Shown: positions 17,392-26,878 of the stretch, piece after piece | How the letters are laid out: each line of letters begins with the position of its first letter | Position numbering within the stretch: the first letter of the stretch is position 1 | From: Ectothiorhodospiraceae bacterium | Lineage (GTDB): Bacteria > Pseudomonadota > Gammaproteobacteria > Nitrococcales > AK92 | Direction: 5' to 3' | Assembly (NCBI GenBank): GCA_029268285.1 | Contig: JAJUGG010000003.1 | Coordinates: 9,976 to 41,975, forward strand | DNA length: 32,000 nt | Made by a program: the position numbers and the translations under genes | Notes under the pieces: generated by a model | Databases searched by the model: none | The model's input: the letters and a program-made list of their open reading frames with translations, nothing else | Told to the model about the DNA's origin: nothing

Positions 17392-18573
17392 ATGTCTTGG
17401 AATGAACCGGGGGGGGGAGACCGAGACCCCTGGAGCGGCTCGGGCCGCAACAATCAAGGTCCGCCGGACCTCGACGAACTACTCAAGAAACTCCAGGATC
17501 GCATCAACCGCTTGTTCGGACGCCGTCCGCGCACCGGCGGAGGTGGCGGTAGTGGCAGCTCGTTCGGGATCGGCCTTGTGGTGGTCGTTCTGCTGGTGGT
17601 TTGGCTTGCTTCCGGCTTTTTCGTCGTTGACGAAGGTAAGCGCGGTGTCGTGCTGCGCTTCGGCAAGTACGTCTCGACCGAGATGCCAGGGCCGCACTGG
17701 CAGCCTCCGTATCCCATTACCGATGTGCGCATCGTCGACGTCTCGGCGCGGCGCACAATTCGGATAGGCTACGACTCCCCGACGCGGGTGAACCCGGAAG
17801 AAGCGCTCATGCTGACCCGCGACGAGAACATCGTCAGCGTGCAGCTTGCCGTGCAGTGGCAGGTCAGCGAGCCGGACAAGTACCTGTTTACCCTGATTCA
17901 GCCGGAGCAGACGCTCAAGCAGCTTACCGAGAGCGCCCTGCGCGAGGTCGTCGGCAAGAGCGACATGGACTTCGTGCTCACCGAGGGGCGGGCCGAGGTG
18001 GTCAATGCTACCATGGCATTGGTGCAGCAGACGCTGGACGAGCGCTACGACGCCGGCATCCGCGTGGTGGAAATGGCCATTCAGGACGTGCAGCCGCCGG
18101 AGCCGGTACAGGGCGCGTTCTCTGAGGCTATTCGGGCCCGCGAGGACGAACAGCGCTTCATCAACGAAGCCCTCGGCTACCGTAACCAGATTATCCCGCA
18201 GGCCAAGGGCGAGGCTGCGCGCATCATCGAGGAAGCGCAGGGCTACCGCGCTCAGGCCGTTGCCAACGCACAGGGCTCTGTCGCGCGCTTCCTCGCCGTG
18301 CTGGAAGAGTATTCACAGGCCCCCGAGGTGACGCGCGAGCGCCTCTACATCGAGGCCATGCAGAGCGTGCTGTCTCGCACCAGCAAGATCCTGGTGGGCG
18401 GCGACAGCGCACCGCTAATGTACCTGCCGCTCGATCGCCTGCCTACTTCCGGGCGTAGCGGCGAGCAAGGCGCTGTCGGCGCAGATGCGAACGAAGCGAA
18501 CGCAGCGGGCAACGAGACCCCTGCGCAATTGCCGCTGAGTCGTGAACGGCTGCGCAGCCGGGAGGTGCGTTGA
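17392..18573 (+). CDS. hflK: FtsH modulator HflK (SPFH/band-7)
   Basis: MSWNEPGGGDRDPW...GPPDLDELLKKL, a Gly-rich segment, one TM segment, then an SPFH domain (ERGVV-type GKRGVVLRFGKY). Confidence 0.93.
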   Translation: MSWNEPGGGDRDPWSGSGRNNQGPPDLDELLKKLQDRINRLFGRRPRTGGGGGSGSSFGIGLVVVVLLVVWLASGFFVVDEGKRGVVLRFGKYVSTEMPGPHWQPPYPITDVRIVDVSARRTIRIGYDSPTRVNPEEALMLTRDENIVSVQLAVQWQVSEPDKYLFTLIQPEQTLKQLTESALREVVGKSDMDFVLTEGRAEVVNATMALVQQTLDERYDAGIRVVEMAIQDVQPPEPVQGAFSEAIRAREDEQRFINEALGYRNQIIPQAKGEAARIIEEAQGYRAQAVANAQGSVARFLAVLEEYSQAPEVTRERLYIEAMQSVLSRTSKILVGGDSAPLMYLPLDRLPTSGRSGEQGAVGADANEANAAGNETPAQLPLSRERLRSREVR

Positions 18574-19448
18574 TGACTAATTTCAAGCCGATCGCTCTGA
18601 TCCTTGCGCTGCTCGTGCTCATCACGGCATGGCTATCCGCCTATACCGTCGACGAGACCGAGACGGCTATCAAATTCCGCCTTGGGCGGATGGTCGAAGA
18701 GGGCATGGAGCCAGGGCTGCACTGGAAGATACCGTTCATCGAAACCGTGCGTCGCTTCGACGACCGGGTGCATACGCTGGACGAGCCGCCGTCGCGTTTT
18801 CTTACCTCGGAAAAGAAGAACGTGATCGTCGACGCCTTCGTGAAGTGGCGTATCGCCGACCCCTCGCAGTTCTATGTATCCTTGGCCGGTAACCCGGGGC
18901 TGGCGAATCAACGCCTGAGCGAGATCATCAAAAGCGGACTGCGCACCGAATTCGGCAAGCGCACTATTCAGGAGGTGATCTCCGGCGAGCGGCGCAGCAT
19001 CATGGACTTGCTCAACGAGCAAGCATCCAGCGTGGCCAAGCCGCTCGGGCTGGAGGTGGTCGAGGTGCGCATTCAGCGCATCGATCTGCCCAGCGATGTC
19101 AGCGAGTCGGTCTACCAGCGCATGGCGGCCGAGCGTGAGCGCGTGGCGCGCGACTTCCGCGCTCGCGGTCGCGAGCAGGCCGAGCGCATCCGCGCCGAAG
19201 CCGATCGGGAGCGCACTGTGCTGATCGCCGAGGCGCGTCGCGAGGCCGAAGAGTTGCGGGGTCTGGGCGAAGCCGAGGCCACGCGTATCTTCGCTGAGGC
19301 CTATAACCGAGACCGCGATTTCTTCGAGTTCTATCGGAGCCTCGAAGCCTACGTGAATGCGTTCGACGAACGCAGCGACGTGCTGGTTCTGGACCCGAAC
19401 GAGTCGCAATTCTTCCGCTTCTTCGACCAGTCCCGGCCGGGCCGCTAA
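18570..19448 (+). CDS. hflC: FtsH modulator HflC (SPFH/band-7)
   Basis: N-terminal TM segment, VDETETAIKFRLGR and an SPFH domain; 4-nt overlap with hflK. Confidence 0.93.
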   Translation: MMTNFKPIALILALLVLITAWLSAYTVDETETAIKFRLGRMVEEGMEPGLHWKIPFIETVRRFDDRVHTLDEPPSRFLTSEKKNVIVDAFVKWRIADPSQFYVSLAGNPGLANQRLSEIIKSGLRTEFGKRTIQEVISGERRSIMDLLNEQASSVAKPLGLEVVEVRIQRIDLPSDVSESVYQRMAAERERVARDFRARGREQAERIRAEADRERTVLIAEARREAEELRGLGEAEATRIFAEAYNRDRDFFEFYRSLEAYVNAFDERSDVLVLDPNESQFFRFFDQSRPGR

Positions 19449-19495
19449 ACCGCGGCCTGGTGCGGACCGGCCTATTACCGAGAGTGGCTTGAGCC

Positions 19496-19684
19496 TTGCT
19501 GCAGGATCTTCTGGCCGCGCTCGCGCTGGTACTGGTGCTGGAAGGGCTTCTGCCCTTCGCCAGCCCCGGCGCGCTGCGGCGTGCGATGTTGCAAATGGCG
19601 CAGCTGGACGACCGCGGCCTTAGGGTAGCGGGGCTGGTGTCCATGCTGCTGGGTTTGGCGCTCCTCTACCTGGTGCGGCACTGA
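19496..19684 (+). CDS. Small membrane protein, DUF2065/YjeT-like
   Basis: 62 aa with two hydrophobic helices (LLAALALVLVLEGLLPF and VAGLVSMLLGLALLYLV). It occupies the conserved slot after hflC. TTG start; its stop overlaps the hisZ ATG by 1 nt. Confidence 0.7.
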   Translation: MLQDLLAALALVLVLEGLLPFASPGALRRAMLQMAQLDDRGLRVAGLVSMLLGLALLYLVRH

Positions 19685-20877
19685 TGAACGAGAACGACTA
19701 CTCCAAGGACAATCCTTGGTTGTTACCCGAGGGCGTGGACGAGCTGCTGCCGCCGCGGGCGATGCGGGTCGAGCAACAACGACGCGAGTTGCTCGACCTT
19801 TTTTCCGCCTGGGGCTATGAGCTCATTATGCCGCCGTTCATCGAGTTCCTGGATTCGTTGCTTACCGGCTCCGGCCATGATCTCGACCTGGAAACCTTCA
19901 AGCTCACCGATCAACTATCCGGTCGGCTGATGGGCGTGCGGGCGGATATGACGCCTCAGGCAGCGCGCATTGACGCTCACCAATTGCTTCGCGAAGGTCC
20001 GGTGCGGCTTTGCTATATCGGTACGGTTCTGAAGACCCGCCCGGATGCCATGGGTGGCTCGCGCGATCCTCTGCAACTCGGTGCCGAACTGTTTGGTCAC
20101 GCCGGTATCGAGAGCGACGTCGAGGTCATTTCGCTGATGCTGGAGGTGCTCCGTACCACCGGCGTTCACGACCTGTATCTGGACCTGGGGCATGTCGGCA
20201 TTTACCGCGGCCTGACGCATCAGGCAGGCCTCGGCGATGAAATCGAGGCGCGCTTTTTCGATGCGCTGCAGCGGAAAGCCGCGATCGAAATCGAAGAGCT
20301 GCTCGGCGCCGCGGATATCGATAGCACCCATCGCGCCATGCTGGCGGCGCTGCCGGATCTCAACGGCGGCACGGAAGTCCTGCAGCGTGCCGTCGAAGAG
20401 CTGCGCCACGCCGACAAGAGCGTGCGCGAAGCGCTGGACGAGCTTGCCGCGATCGCGACCTCGCTGCAGCAGCGCGAGCCGAGTTTGCCGCTGTACTTCG
20501 ATCTCGCCGAGCTGCATGGCTATCAGTACAAGACTGGGGCGGTATTCGCCGCGTTTACGCCCGGCTATGGGCAGGAGCTTGCGCGTGGCGGGCGCTATGA
20601 CAATATTGGGCGGATATTCGGCAGAGCGCGGCCGGCAACGGGCTTTAGTGCCGACCTCAAGGCATTGGCTGCTTTGACTGCCGAGCCGGTGCAGACCGCT
20701 GCAGCCGGGGTTCTCGCCGACTGGACTAACGATGCCGCCGCGCTCGCCGAGGTTCGGCGCCTGCGCGAGCAAGGGGAGCGAGTGGTATGGTCATTGCCGG
20801 GGCAGCAGGGTAACGGCGGCTGCGACCGGCGGCTGGTACAACGCAAGGATGGCAGCTGGGCCGTCGAGCCGCTCTGA
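19684..20877 (+). CDS. hisZ: ATP phosphoribosyltransferase regulatory subunit
   Basis: 397-aa HisRS-like protein (LPEGVDELLPP, MPPFIEFLDSL, RADMTPQAARI and ELFG motifs) with no anticodon-binding domain, in the conserved position upstream of purA. Confidence 0.9.
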   Translation: MNENDYSKDNPWLLPEGVDELLPPRAMRVEQQRRELLDLFSAWGYELIMPPFIEFLDSLLTGSGHDLDLETFKLTDQLSGRLMGVRADMTPQAARIDAHQLLREGPVRLCYIGTVLKTRPDAMGGSRDPLQLGAELFGHAGIESDVEVISLMLEVLRTTGVHDLYLDLGHVGIYRGLTHQAGLGDEIEARFFDALQRKAAIEIEELLGAADIDSTHRAMLAALPDLNGGTEVLQRAVEELRHADKSVREALDELAAIATSLQQREPSLPLYFDLAELHGYQYKTGAVFAAFTPGYGQELARGGRYDNIGRIFGRARPATGFSADLKALAALTAEPVQTAAAGVLADWTNDAAALAEVRRLREQGERVVWSLPGQQGNGGCDRRLVQRKDGSWAVEPL

Positions 20878-20941
20878 TGCAGGGCGCGCCGCTGCGGTTT
20901 GGTAACTAGGATTCCCTTCAACTTTCGATCGAGACGGGTAA

Positions 20942-22237
<1,296 letters not shown>

Positions 22238-22243
22238 AGGAGG

Positions 22244-22277
22244 GCGGGCGCTACCGGGAGTAGCGCCCGCTTTTTTT
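22244..22277 (+). terminator. Rho-independent terminator of purA
   Basis: gcgggcgctac (22244-22254), loop cggga, gtagcgcccgc (22260-22270), then T7 (22271-22277). Confidence 0.9.
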
Positions 22278-22302
22278 GTGTCTGGGCCTGAGTTCAGGCA
22301 AC

Positions 22303-22332
22303 AAAAAAGGCGAGCCTAGGCTCGCCTTTTTT
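22303..22332. terminator. Bidirectional terminator (A6-palindrome-T6), likely ending tRNA-Leu transcription
   Basis: aaaaaa ggcgagcc/taggctcgcc tttttt: a perfect 18-bp palindrome flanked by an A-run and a T-run, 9 nt from the tRNA-Leu 3' end. Confidence 0.8.
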
Positions 22333-22341
22333 GTCAGGTAT

Positions 22342-22428
22342 TGGTGCCGAGGAGAGGACTTGAACCTCCACGGGGTTGCCCCCACTAGCACCTGAAGCTA
22401 GCGCGTCTACCAATTCCGCCACCTCGGC
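22342..22428 (-). tRNA. tRNA-Leu, anticodon CAG (type II, long variable arm), encoded CCA
   Basis: Reverse complement is GCCGAGGTGGCGGAATTGGTAGACGCGCTAGCTTCAGGTGCTAGTGGGGGCAACCCCGTGGAGGTTCAAGTCCTCTCCTCGGCACCA. The anticodon loop is TTCAGGT. 87 nt. Confidence 0.95.
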
Positions 22429-22469
22429 GATGATCGGCTGGATCAGCCGTCACCGTCATTAGGGCGCAA

Positions 22470-22498
22470 ACTTTACCGGCGGTTGTTATTACTGTCAA
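22470..22498 (-). promoter_or_regulatory. Promoter for tRNA-Leu: TTGACA-17 nt-TAAAGT with a GC-rich discriminator
   Basis: Minus strand reads cgTTGACAgtaataacaaccgccggTAAAGTttgcgccc. The -35 is consensus, the spacer is 17 nt, and the site lies roughly 35-40 nt upstream of the mature 5' end. Confidence 0.6.
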
Positions 22499-22646
22499 CG
22501 GCCAAGTTACACTTTCATGCAAATAATCTCGTTCCCTCATCCCGTAGCGATGGCGGGACCGCGTCGGCGGCCGCAGCCAAGGCTTGCAGGTCGGCGCAGT
22601 TGGCGTATCCTGCGCTTCATACAGAGATAAGGGAACCAAGGGTTTA

Positions 22647-24935
22647 ATGACGAAAAAGGGAAAGCAAGCGCGGCAGGATCCTTACCTGGAGAGGGAAAGC
22701 CGCAAGTACGATCACCCCATTCCGAGCCGGGAATACATACTCGATCTTCTGCGGGAACGCTCCCGGCCACTTAGCCGCGAACAACTGATTCAAGCGCTCG
22801 GCTTAGAGGCGCCCGAGGCCGTGGAGGGCTTGCGCCGGCGCTTGCGCGCCATGGAGCGAGACGGGCAAGTGGTGCGCAATCGGCGCAAGGGCTATGTCAT
22901 CGTCGACAACGAAGACCTCATTCGCGGCCGTGTCACCGGGCACCCGGAAGGCTGGGGCTTCGTGACCCCGGATAGCGGCGAGGACCGGATTTATCTCTCG
23001 CCTAGGCAGATGCGCCTGCTGCTGCATGGCGACCGTGTGGTCGTGCGCATCGTGGGCCTGGACGCGCAGGGGCGGCCCGAAGGCGAGTTGGTCGATATCC
23101 TGCAGCGCTACAACAGGCAAGTAACCGGCCGCTTCTATTCCGAAAGCGGCGTGGGTTTTGTCGTCCCCAGCAATCGGCGCATTCATCATGACGTGATCAT
23201 TCCCGCTGCCGAGCAGGGCGGGGCAGAGGATGGTCAGTTGGTGGTGGCGGAGCTGGTGCAGCAGCCCAGCGAGCGGCGCATGCCCATCGGCCGTGTGGTC
23301 GAGGTCATGGGGACCCATATCGCGGCGGGTCAGGAGATTGCCGTTGCGGAGCGAGTGCACGGCATTCCGGTAGAGTGGCCGGAAGAGGTTGAGCGGGAAA
23401 TCGCGCGCTTCGGCGAAGAGGTTCCCGAAGCCGACAAGGCTGGCCGCGAGGATCTACGCGATCTGCCGCTCGTGACCATCGACGGGCCCGATGCGCGCGA
23501 CTTCGATGACGCCGTTTTTTGCCGGCCAACCAAATCGGGCTGGCGTCTGACGGTCGCTATCGCCGATGTGTCGCACTACGTGCGCGGCGGCACCGCCCTC
23601 GATCGCGAGGCGCTCAACCGCGGCAACTCAGTCTACTTCCCGCGTGCCGTGGTGCCAATGCTGCCCGAGTTGTTGTCCAACGGCCTGTGCTCGCTCAATC
23701 CGGGCGTCGATCGCCTCACCATGTGCTGCGAGATGTTGATCGGGCCGGACGGCACGCTCAAGCGCTCGCGCTTCTTCCGTGGCGTGATCCGCTCGCATGC
23801 GCGACTGACCTACCAGGAGGTAGCCTCCATCCTGGACGGCAGCGATTCCGAGGCGATCGAGCGACGCAAAGACCTGGTGCCGCACCTGCAGGCGCTGCAT
23901 GGCGTCTATAAGGCCTTGCGCATTCAGCGCGAAAAACGCGGTGCGATCGATTTCGAGACGACCGAATCGGTCATGGAGTTCGACGAACAGGGCCGTGTAC
24001 TGCGCATTGTGCCGGCCGAGCGCAATGATGCGCACAAGCTCATCGAAGAGTGCATGGTCATTGCCAACGTCGCCGCGGCGCGTTTTCTGCAACGGCACAA
24101 GATGCCTGCGCTCTATCGCGACCACGAAGTGCCGGACGAGGAGAAGGTCGAAGCGCTGCGTCAGTTCTTGGCGCAGGTCGGGCTCAAGCTGCCGGGCAAT
24201 CGTACCGTGCCCAAGCCGTCCGACTATGCGGTCTTGCTCAAGCAGATTCAGAACCGTCCCGACAAGCACCTGATTCAGATGGTTTTGCTGCGTTCCTTCA
24301 AGGCCGCGGACTACCGCCCGGAAAATATCGGGCACTTCGGTCTTTCCCTGGAGGCGTACGCACACTTTACCTCGCCAATCCGGCGTTACCCGGATTTGGT
24401 CGTGCACCGCGCCATCGGCCATGTGCTGGATGGCGGCAAGGCGGCCGACTACGAGACTAGCGCCGATCGCATGGTGGTGCTGGGCGAGCACTGCTCGATG
24501 ACAGAGCGCCGTGCCGACGAGGCCACCCGCGAAGCGACCATGACGCTCAAGTGCGAGTACATGGCGGATAAGCTCGGGCAGGAGTTCGACGGCATCATCA
24601 GTGGCGTTACTGCCTTTGGCATATTCGTGCAGCTTAGCGAGGTTTTCGTCGACGGCCTGGTCCACATCTCGACGCTCGGCGATGACTATTACCACTTTGA
24701 TCCGATCGGTCATCGCCTGGTCGGCGAGCGGACCGGCAAGGAGTTTCGTCTCGCCGACACTGTTCGGGTGCAAGTCGCCCGCGTCGATAAGGAAGAGCGG
24801 CAGATCGACTTCGAACTGATCGGGCATGAGGGGCGCCCGCGGCGCGGCAGCCCGGTAGACGGCAAGAGTCAGCGCAAGCCGGGCGGTAGTCGGCGTCGCC
24901 AAGCGCGGCGTAGCGGTGGACGCAGGCGCGGCTAG
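22647..24935 (+). CDS. rnr: Ribonuclease R
   Basis: ATG 22647 gives MTKKGKQARQDPYLERESRKYDHPIPSREYIL. The protein has cold-shock/OB regions, an RNB domain (TIDGPDARDFDDAV and HFGL...YAHFTSPIRRYPDL), a C-terminal S1 domain and a basic tail. Confidence 0.93.
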   Translation: MTKKGKQARQDPYLERESRKYDHPIPSREYILDLLRERSRPLSREQLIQALGLEAPEAVEGLRRRLRAMERDGQVVRNRRKGYVIVDNEDLIRGRVTGHPEGWGFVTPDSGEDRIYLSPRQMRLLLHGDRVVVRIVGLDAQGRPEGELVDILQRYNRQVTGRFYSESGVGFVVPSNRRIHHDVIIPAAEQGGAEDGQLVVAELVQQPSERRMPIGRVVEVMGTHIAAGQEIAVAERVHGIPVEWPEEVEREIARFGEEVPEADKAGREDLRDLPLVTIDGPDARDFDDAVFCRPTKSGWRLTVAIADVSHYVRGGTALDREALNRGNSVYFPRAVVPMLPELLSNGLCSLNPGVDRLTMCCEMLIGPDGTLKRSRFFRGVIRSHARLTYQEVASILDGSDSEAIERRKDLVPHLQALHGVYKALRIQREKRGAIDFETTESVMEFDEQGRVLRIVPAERNDAHKLIEECMVIANVAAARFLQRHKMPALYRDHEVPDEEKVEALRQFLAQVGLKLPGNRTVPKPSDYAVLLKQIQNRPDKHLIQMVLLRSFKAADYRPENIGHFGLSLEAYAHFTSPIRRYPDLVVHRAIGHVLDGGKAADYETSADRMVVLGEHCSMTERRADEATREATMTLKCEYMADKLGQEFDGIISGVTAFGIFVQLSEVFVDGLVHISTLGDDYYHFDPIGHRLVGERTGKEFRLADTVRVQVARVDKEERQIDFELIGHEGRPRRGSPVDGKSQRKPGGSRRRQARRSGGRRRG

Positions 24936-24937
24936 AT

Positions 24938-25681
24938 ATGGCGGGCGAGCAGTACATTTACGGCCTGCACGCGGTGCGGGCCGCGGTGAAATACGATCCG
25001 GCCCATATCGTCGAGATTTGGCTGGAGCAACGGCGTCATGATGCTAAGGTTCAGCGTCTGTTTGCCGCTCTGGAGGGCTTGGGGCGGCCCGTGCATCGCG
25101 TGGCACGCCGGGAGCTGGATCGTTTGGTGGACGGTGCGGCGCATCAAGGCGTGGTGGTGCGCTACAGTGGCCCGCCGCCGCAGGGTGAGGACGAGTTGGA
25201 GCGGCTGCTCGATGGGCTCGACCATGATCCCTTCTTGCTGATTCTCGATCAGGTGCAGGACCCGCATAACCTGGGCGCTTGTCTGCGCAGCGCCGATGCT
25301 GCGGGCGTGGATGCCCTGATTGCGCCACGCGACCGCGCGGTAGGCTTGACGCCCACCGTGCATAAAGTCGCCTCTGGTGCCGCCGGCACCGTGCCTTTCT
25401 TTCAGGTGACTAATCTTGCCCGCACGCTGGACGCCTTGAAGGTGCGCAACATCTGGTTGGTCGGCGCCGCTGGCGAGGCCGAGCAGAGCGTCTATGAAAC
25501 CGACATGCGCGGGCCGCTCGCCATCGTCATGGGCGCGGAGGATACGGGGCTGCGCCGGCTGACCCGCGAGCGTTGCGATTTTCTCGCCCGCATTCCCATG
25601 CAGGGGCAGGTGGAGAGCCTCAACGTCTCCGTGGCGACAGCGGTGTTTTTATTCGAGGCGCTACGCCAGCGCGGGCAGTGA
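24938..25681 (+). CDS. rlmB: 23S rRNA (guanosine-2'-O)-methyltransferase RlmB (SpoU/TrmH family)
   Basis: 247 aa with YGLHAV, DQVQDPHNLGACLRSA, VMGAEDTGL and ESLNVSVA; rnr-rlmB adjacency is conserved. Confidence 0.9.
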   Translation: MAGEQYIYGLHAVRAAVKYDPAHIVEIWLEQRRHDAKVQRLFAALEGLGRPVHRVARRELDRLVDGAAHQGVVVRYSGPPPQGEDELERLLDGLDHDPFLLILDQVQDPHNLGACLRSADAAGVDALIAPRDRAVGLTPTVHKVASGAAGTVPFFQVTNLARTLDALKVRNIWLVGAAGEAEQSVYETDMRGPLAIVMGAEDTGLRRLTRERCDFLARIPMQGQVESLNVSVATAVFLFEALRQRGQ

Positions 25682-25711
25682 AGGCCTCGCGAGGCGTCCG
25701 AAATCAATGCT

Positions 25712-25740
25712 TTGCTAAACCCCGGTCGCTCCGCTACACT
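25712..25740 (+). promoter_or_regulatory. Candidate sigma70 promoter of the rpsF operon (TTGCTA-17 nt-TACACT)
   Basis: Hexamers at 25712-25717 and 25735-25740 with a 17-nt spacer. Pattern match only. Confidence 0.5.
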
Positions 25741-25843
25741 ACGCGATCTTTTTTAGGCGGGCACCCGCCTCCTTGCTTTCGGAATGGGTCCGAAAGCTTT
25801 TCATGACCCGCGCACGGGTCTTGGATATCCATAAGGAGCATTC
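25741..25843 (+). promoter_or_regulatory. Structured rpsF 5' leader with three hairpins; candidate S6:S18 autoregulatory element
   Basis: Hairpins at 25755-25770 (aggcgg/ccgcct), 25775-25797 (gctttcgga/tccgaaagc, followed by TTTT) and 25805-25820 (gacccg/cgggtc). SD AAGGAG lies at 25833-25838. Confidence 0.45.
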
Positions 25844-26263
25844 ATGCGTCATTATGAAGTCGTGTTTCTGGTCCATCCTGACCAGAGCGAACAGGTTCCG
25901 GCCATGATCGAGCGCTACCGCGCCATCATCGAGGCCGAAGGCGGTAAGATTCATCGTCTCGAAGACTGGGGTCGTCGCCAGCTCGCCTACCCGATCAAGA
26001 AGCTCATCAAGGCCCACTACGTGCTGATGAACATCGAGTGCGGTCAGGCCGAGCTCGATGAGCTTGAGTCCGCTTTCCGTTTCAACGATGCGGTGATCCG
26101 CAATCTGATCCTGAGCCGCGACGAAGCCGTTACCGAGCCGTCTCCGCTGGCTAAGAGCAAGGAAGAAGAGCGCGAGGAGCGTGGCGAGGGCGAGCGTCGT
26201 TCCCGTCCGCGCCGTGACGAGGAAGAGGAGTCCTCGGACGAGGAAGAGACCGCTTCCGAGTAA
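25844..26263 (+). CDS. rpsF: 30S ribosomal protein S6 with a long charged C-terminal tail
   Basis: [25 protein letters not shown]...[16 protein letters not shown]; 139 aa. Confidence 0.96.
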   Translation: MRHYEVVFLVHPDQSEQVPAMIERYRAIIEAEGGKIHRLEDWGRRQLAYPIKKLIKAHYVLMNIECGQAELDELESAFRFNDAVIRNLILSRDEAVTEPSPLAKSKEEEREERGEGERRSRPRRDEEEESSDEEETASE

Positions 26264-26277
26264 AGGTTTCTCGAGCG

Positions 26278-26610
26278 GTGGAGGGCGAAGCTGTCGCCAA
26301 TCGGGTGACCTTGATCGGTCGCCTGCACGCCGCGCCGAGGCTGCGAACCTCGCCTGCCGGCATCCCAATCGCCCGCTTTCTGCTGGAGCACGATTCGGAG
26401 CAGCCGGAAGGTCCGGTGACACGCCGGCAAAGGTTTCGTATCGGGGTAAGGGCAGTGGGCGAAGCGCTGTGCGCGGAGCTCAAACAGCTCGAGCCCGGGC
26501 GCTTGATGCGGGTTGAGGGATACTTGACCCGTAACAAGCAAGGTGCAGAAGATTATCGTTTAGTGGTCGTTGCCCAGCATCTCGAAGCGCTGGTTGAGAC
26601 GCACGAATAG
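26278..26610 (+). CDS. priB: Primosomal replication protein N (PriB)
   Basis: About 110-aa OB-fold-sized protein (NRVTLIGRL...RFLLEH...GYL) in the diagnostic rpsF-priB-rpsR slot. GTG start. Confidence 0.85.
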   Translation: MEGEAVANRVTLIGRLHAAPRLRTSPAGIPIARFLLEHDSEQPEGPVTRRQRFRIGVRAVGEALCAELKQLEPGRLMRVEGYLTRNKQGAEDYRLVVVAQHLEALVETHE

Positions 26611-26622
26611 GAGAACAGGATC

Positions 26623-26847
26623 ATGGCGCGTTTTTTCCGTCGTCGTAAGTACTGCCGTTTTACCGCTGAAGGCGTAAAGGAGATCGATTACAAGGATCTC
26701 AATACGCTGAAGAGCTACATCACCGAGACCGGCAAGATCGTCCCGAGCCGCATCACCGGTACCCGGGCGCGCTACCAGCGTCAGCTGGCCACTGCCGTCA
26801 AGCGCGCGCGGTTCCTGGCGCTGCTGCCTTACACCGATCGTCACTGA
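26623..26847 (+). CDS. rpsR: 30S ribosomal protein S18
   Basis: [74 protein letters not shown]. Confidence 0.97.
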   Translation: MARFFRRRKYCRFTAEGVKEIDYKDLNTLKSYITETGKIVPSRITGTRARYQRQLATAVKRARFLALLPYTDRH

Positions 26848-26878
26848 TCGGTACGCCTGTTACGGGCGTAGTGTTTGA

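Noticed and set aside
23628-24902. 424-aa minus-strand ORF antisense to rnr; the same applies to 13211..14251 antisense to mutL
   Set aside because: Same reasoning: the sense strand encodes complete RNase R and MutL, and the antisense products are low-complexity with no family signature.
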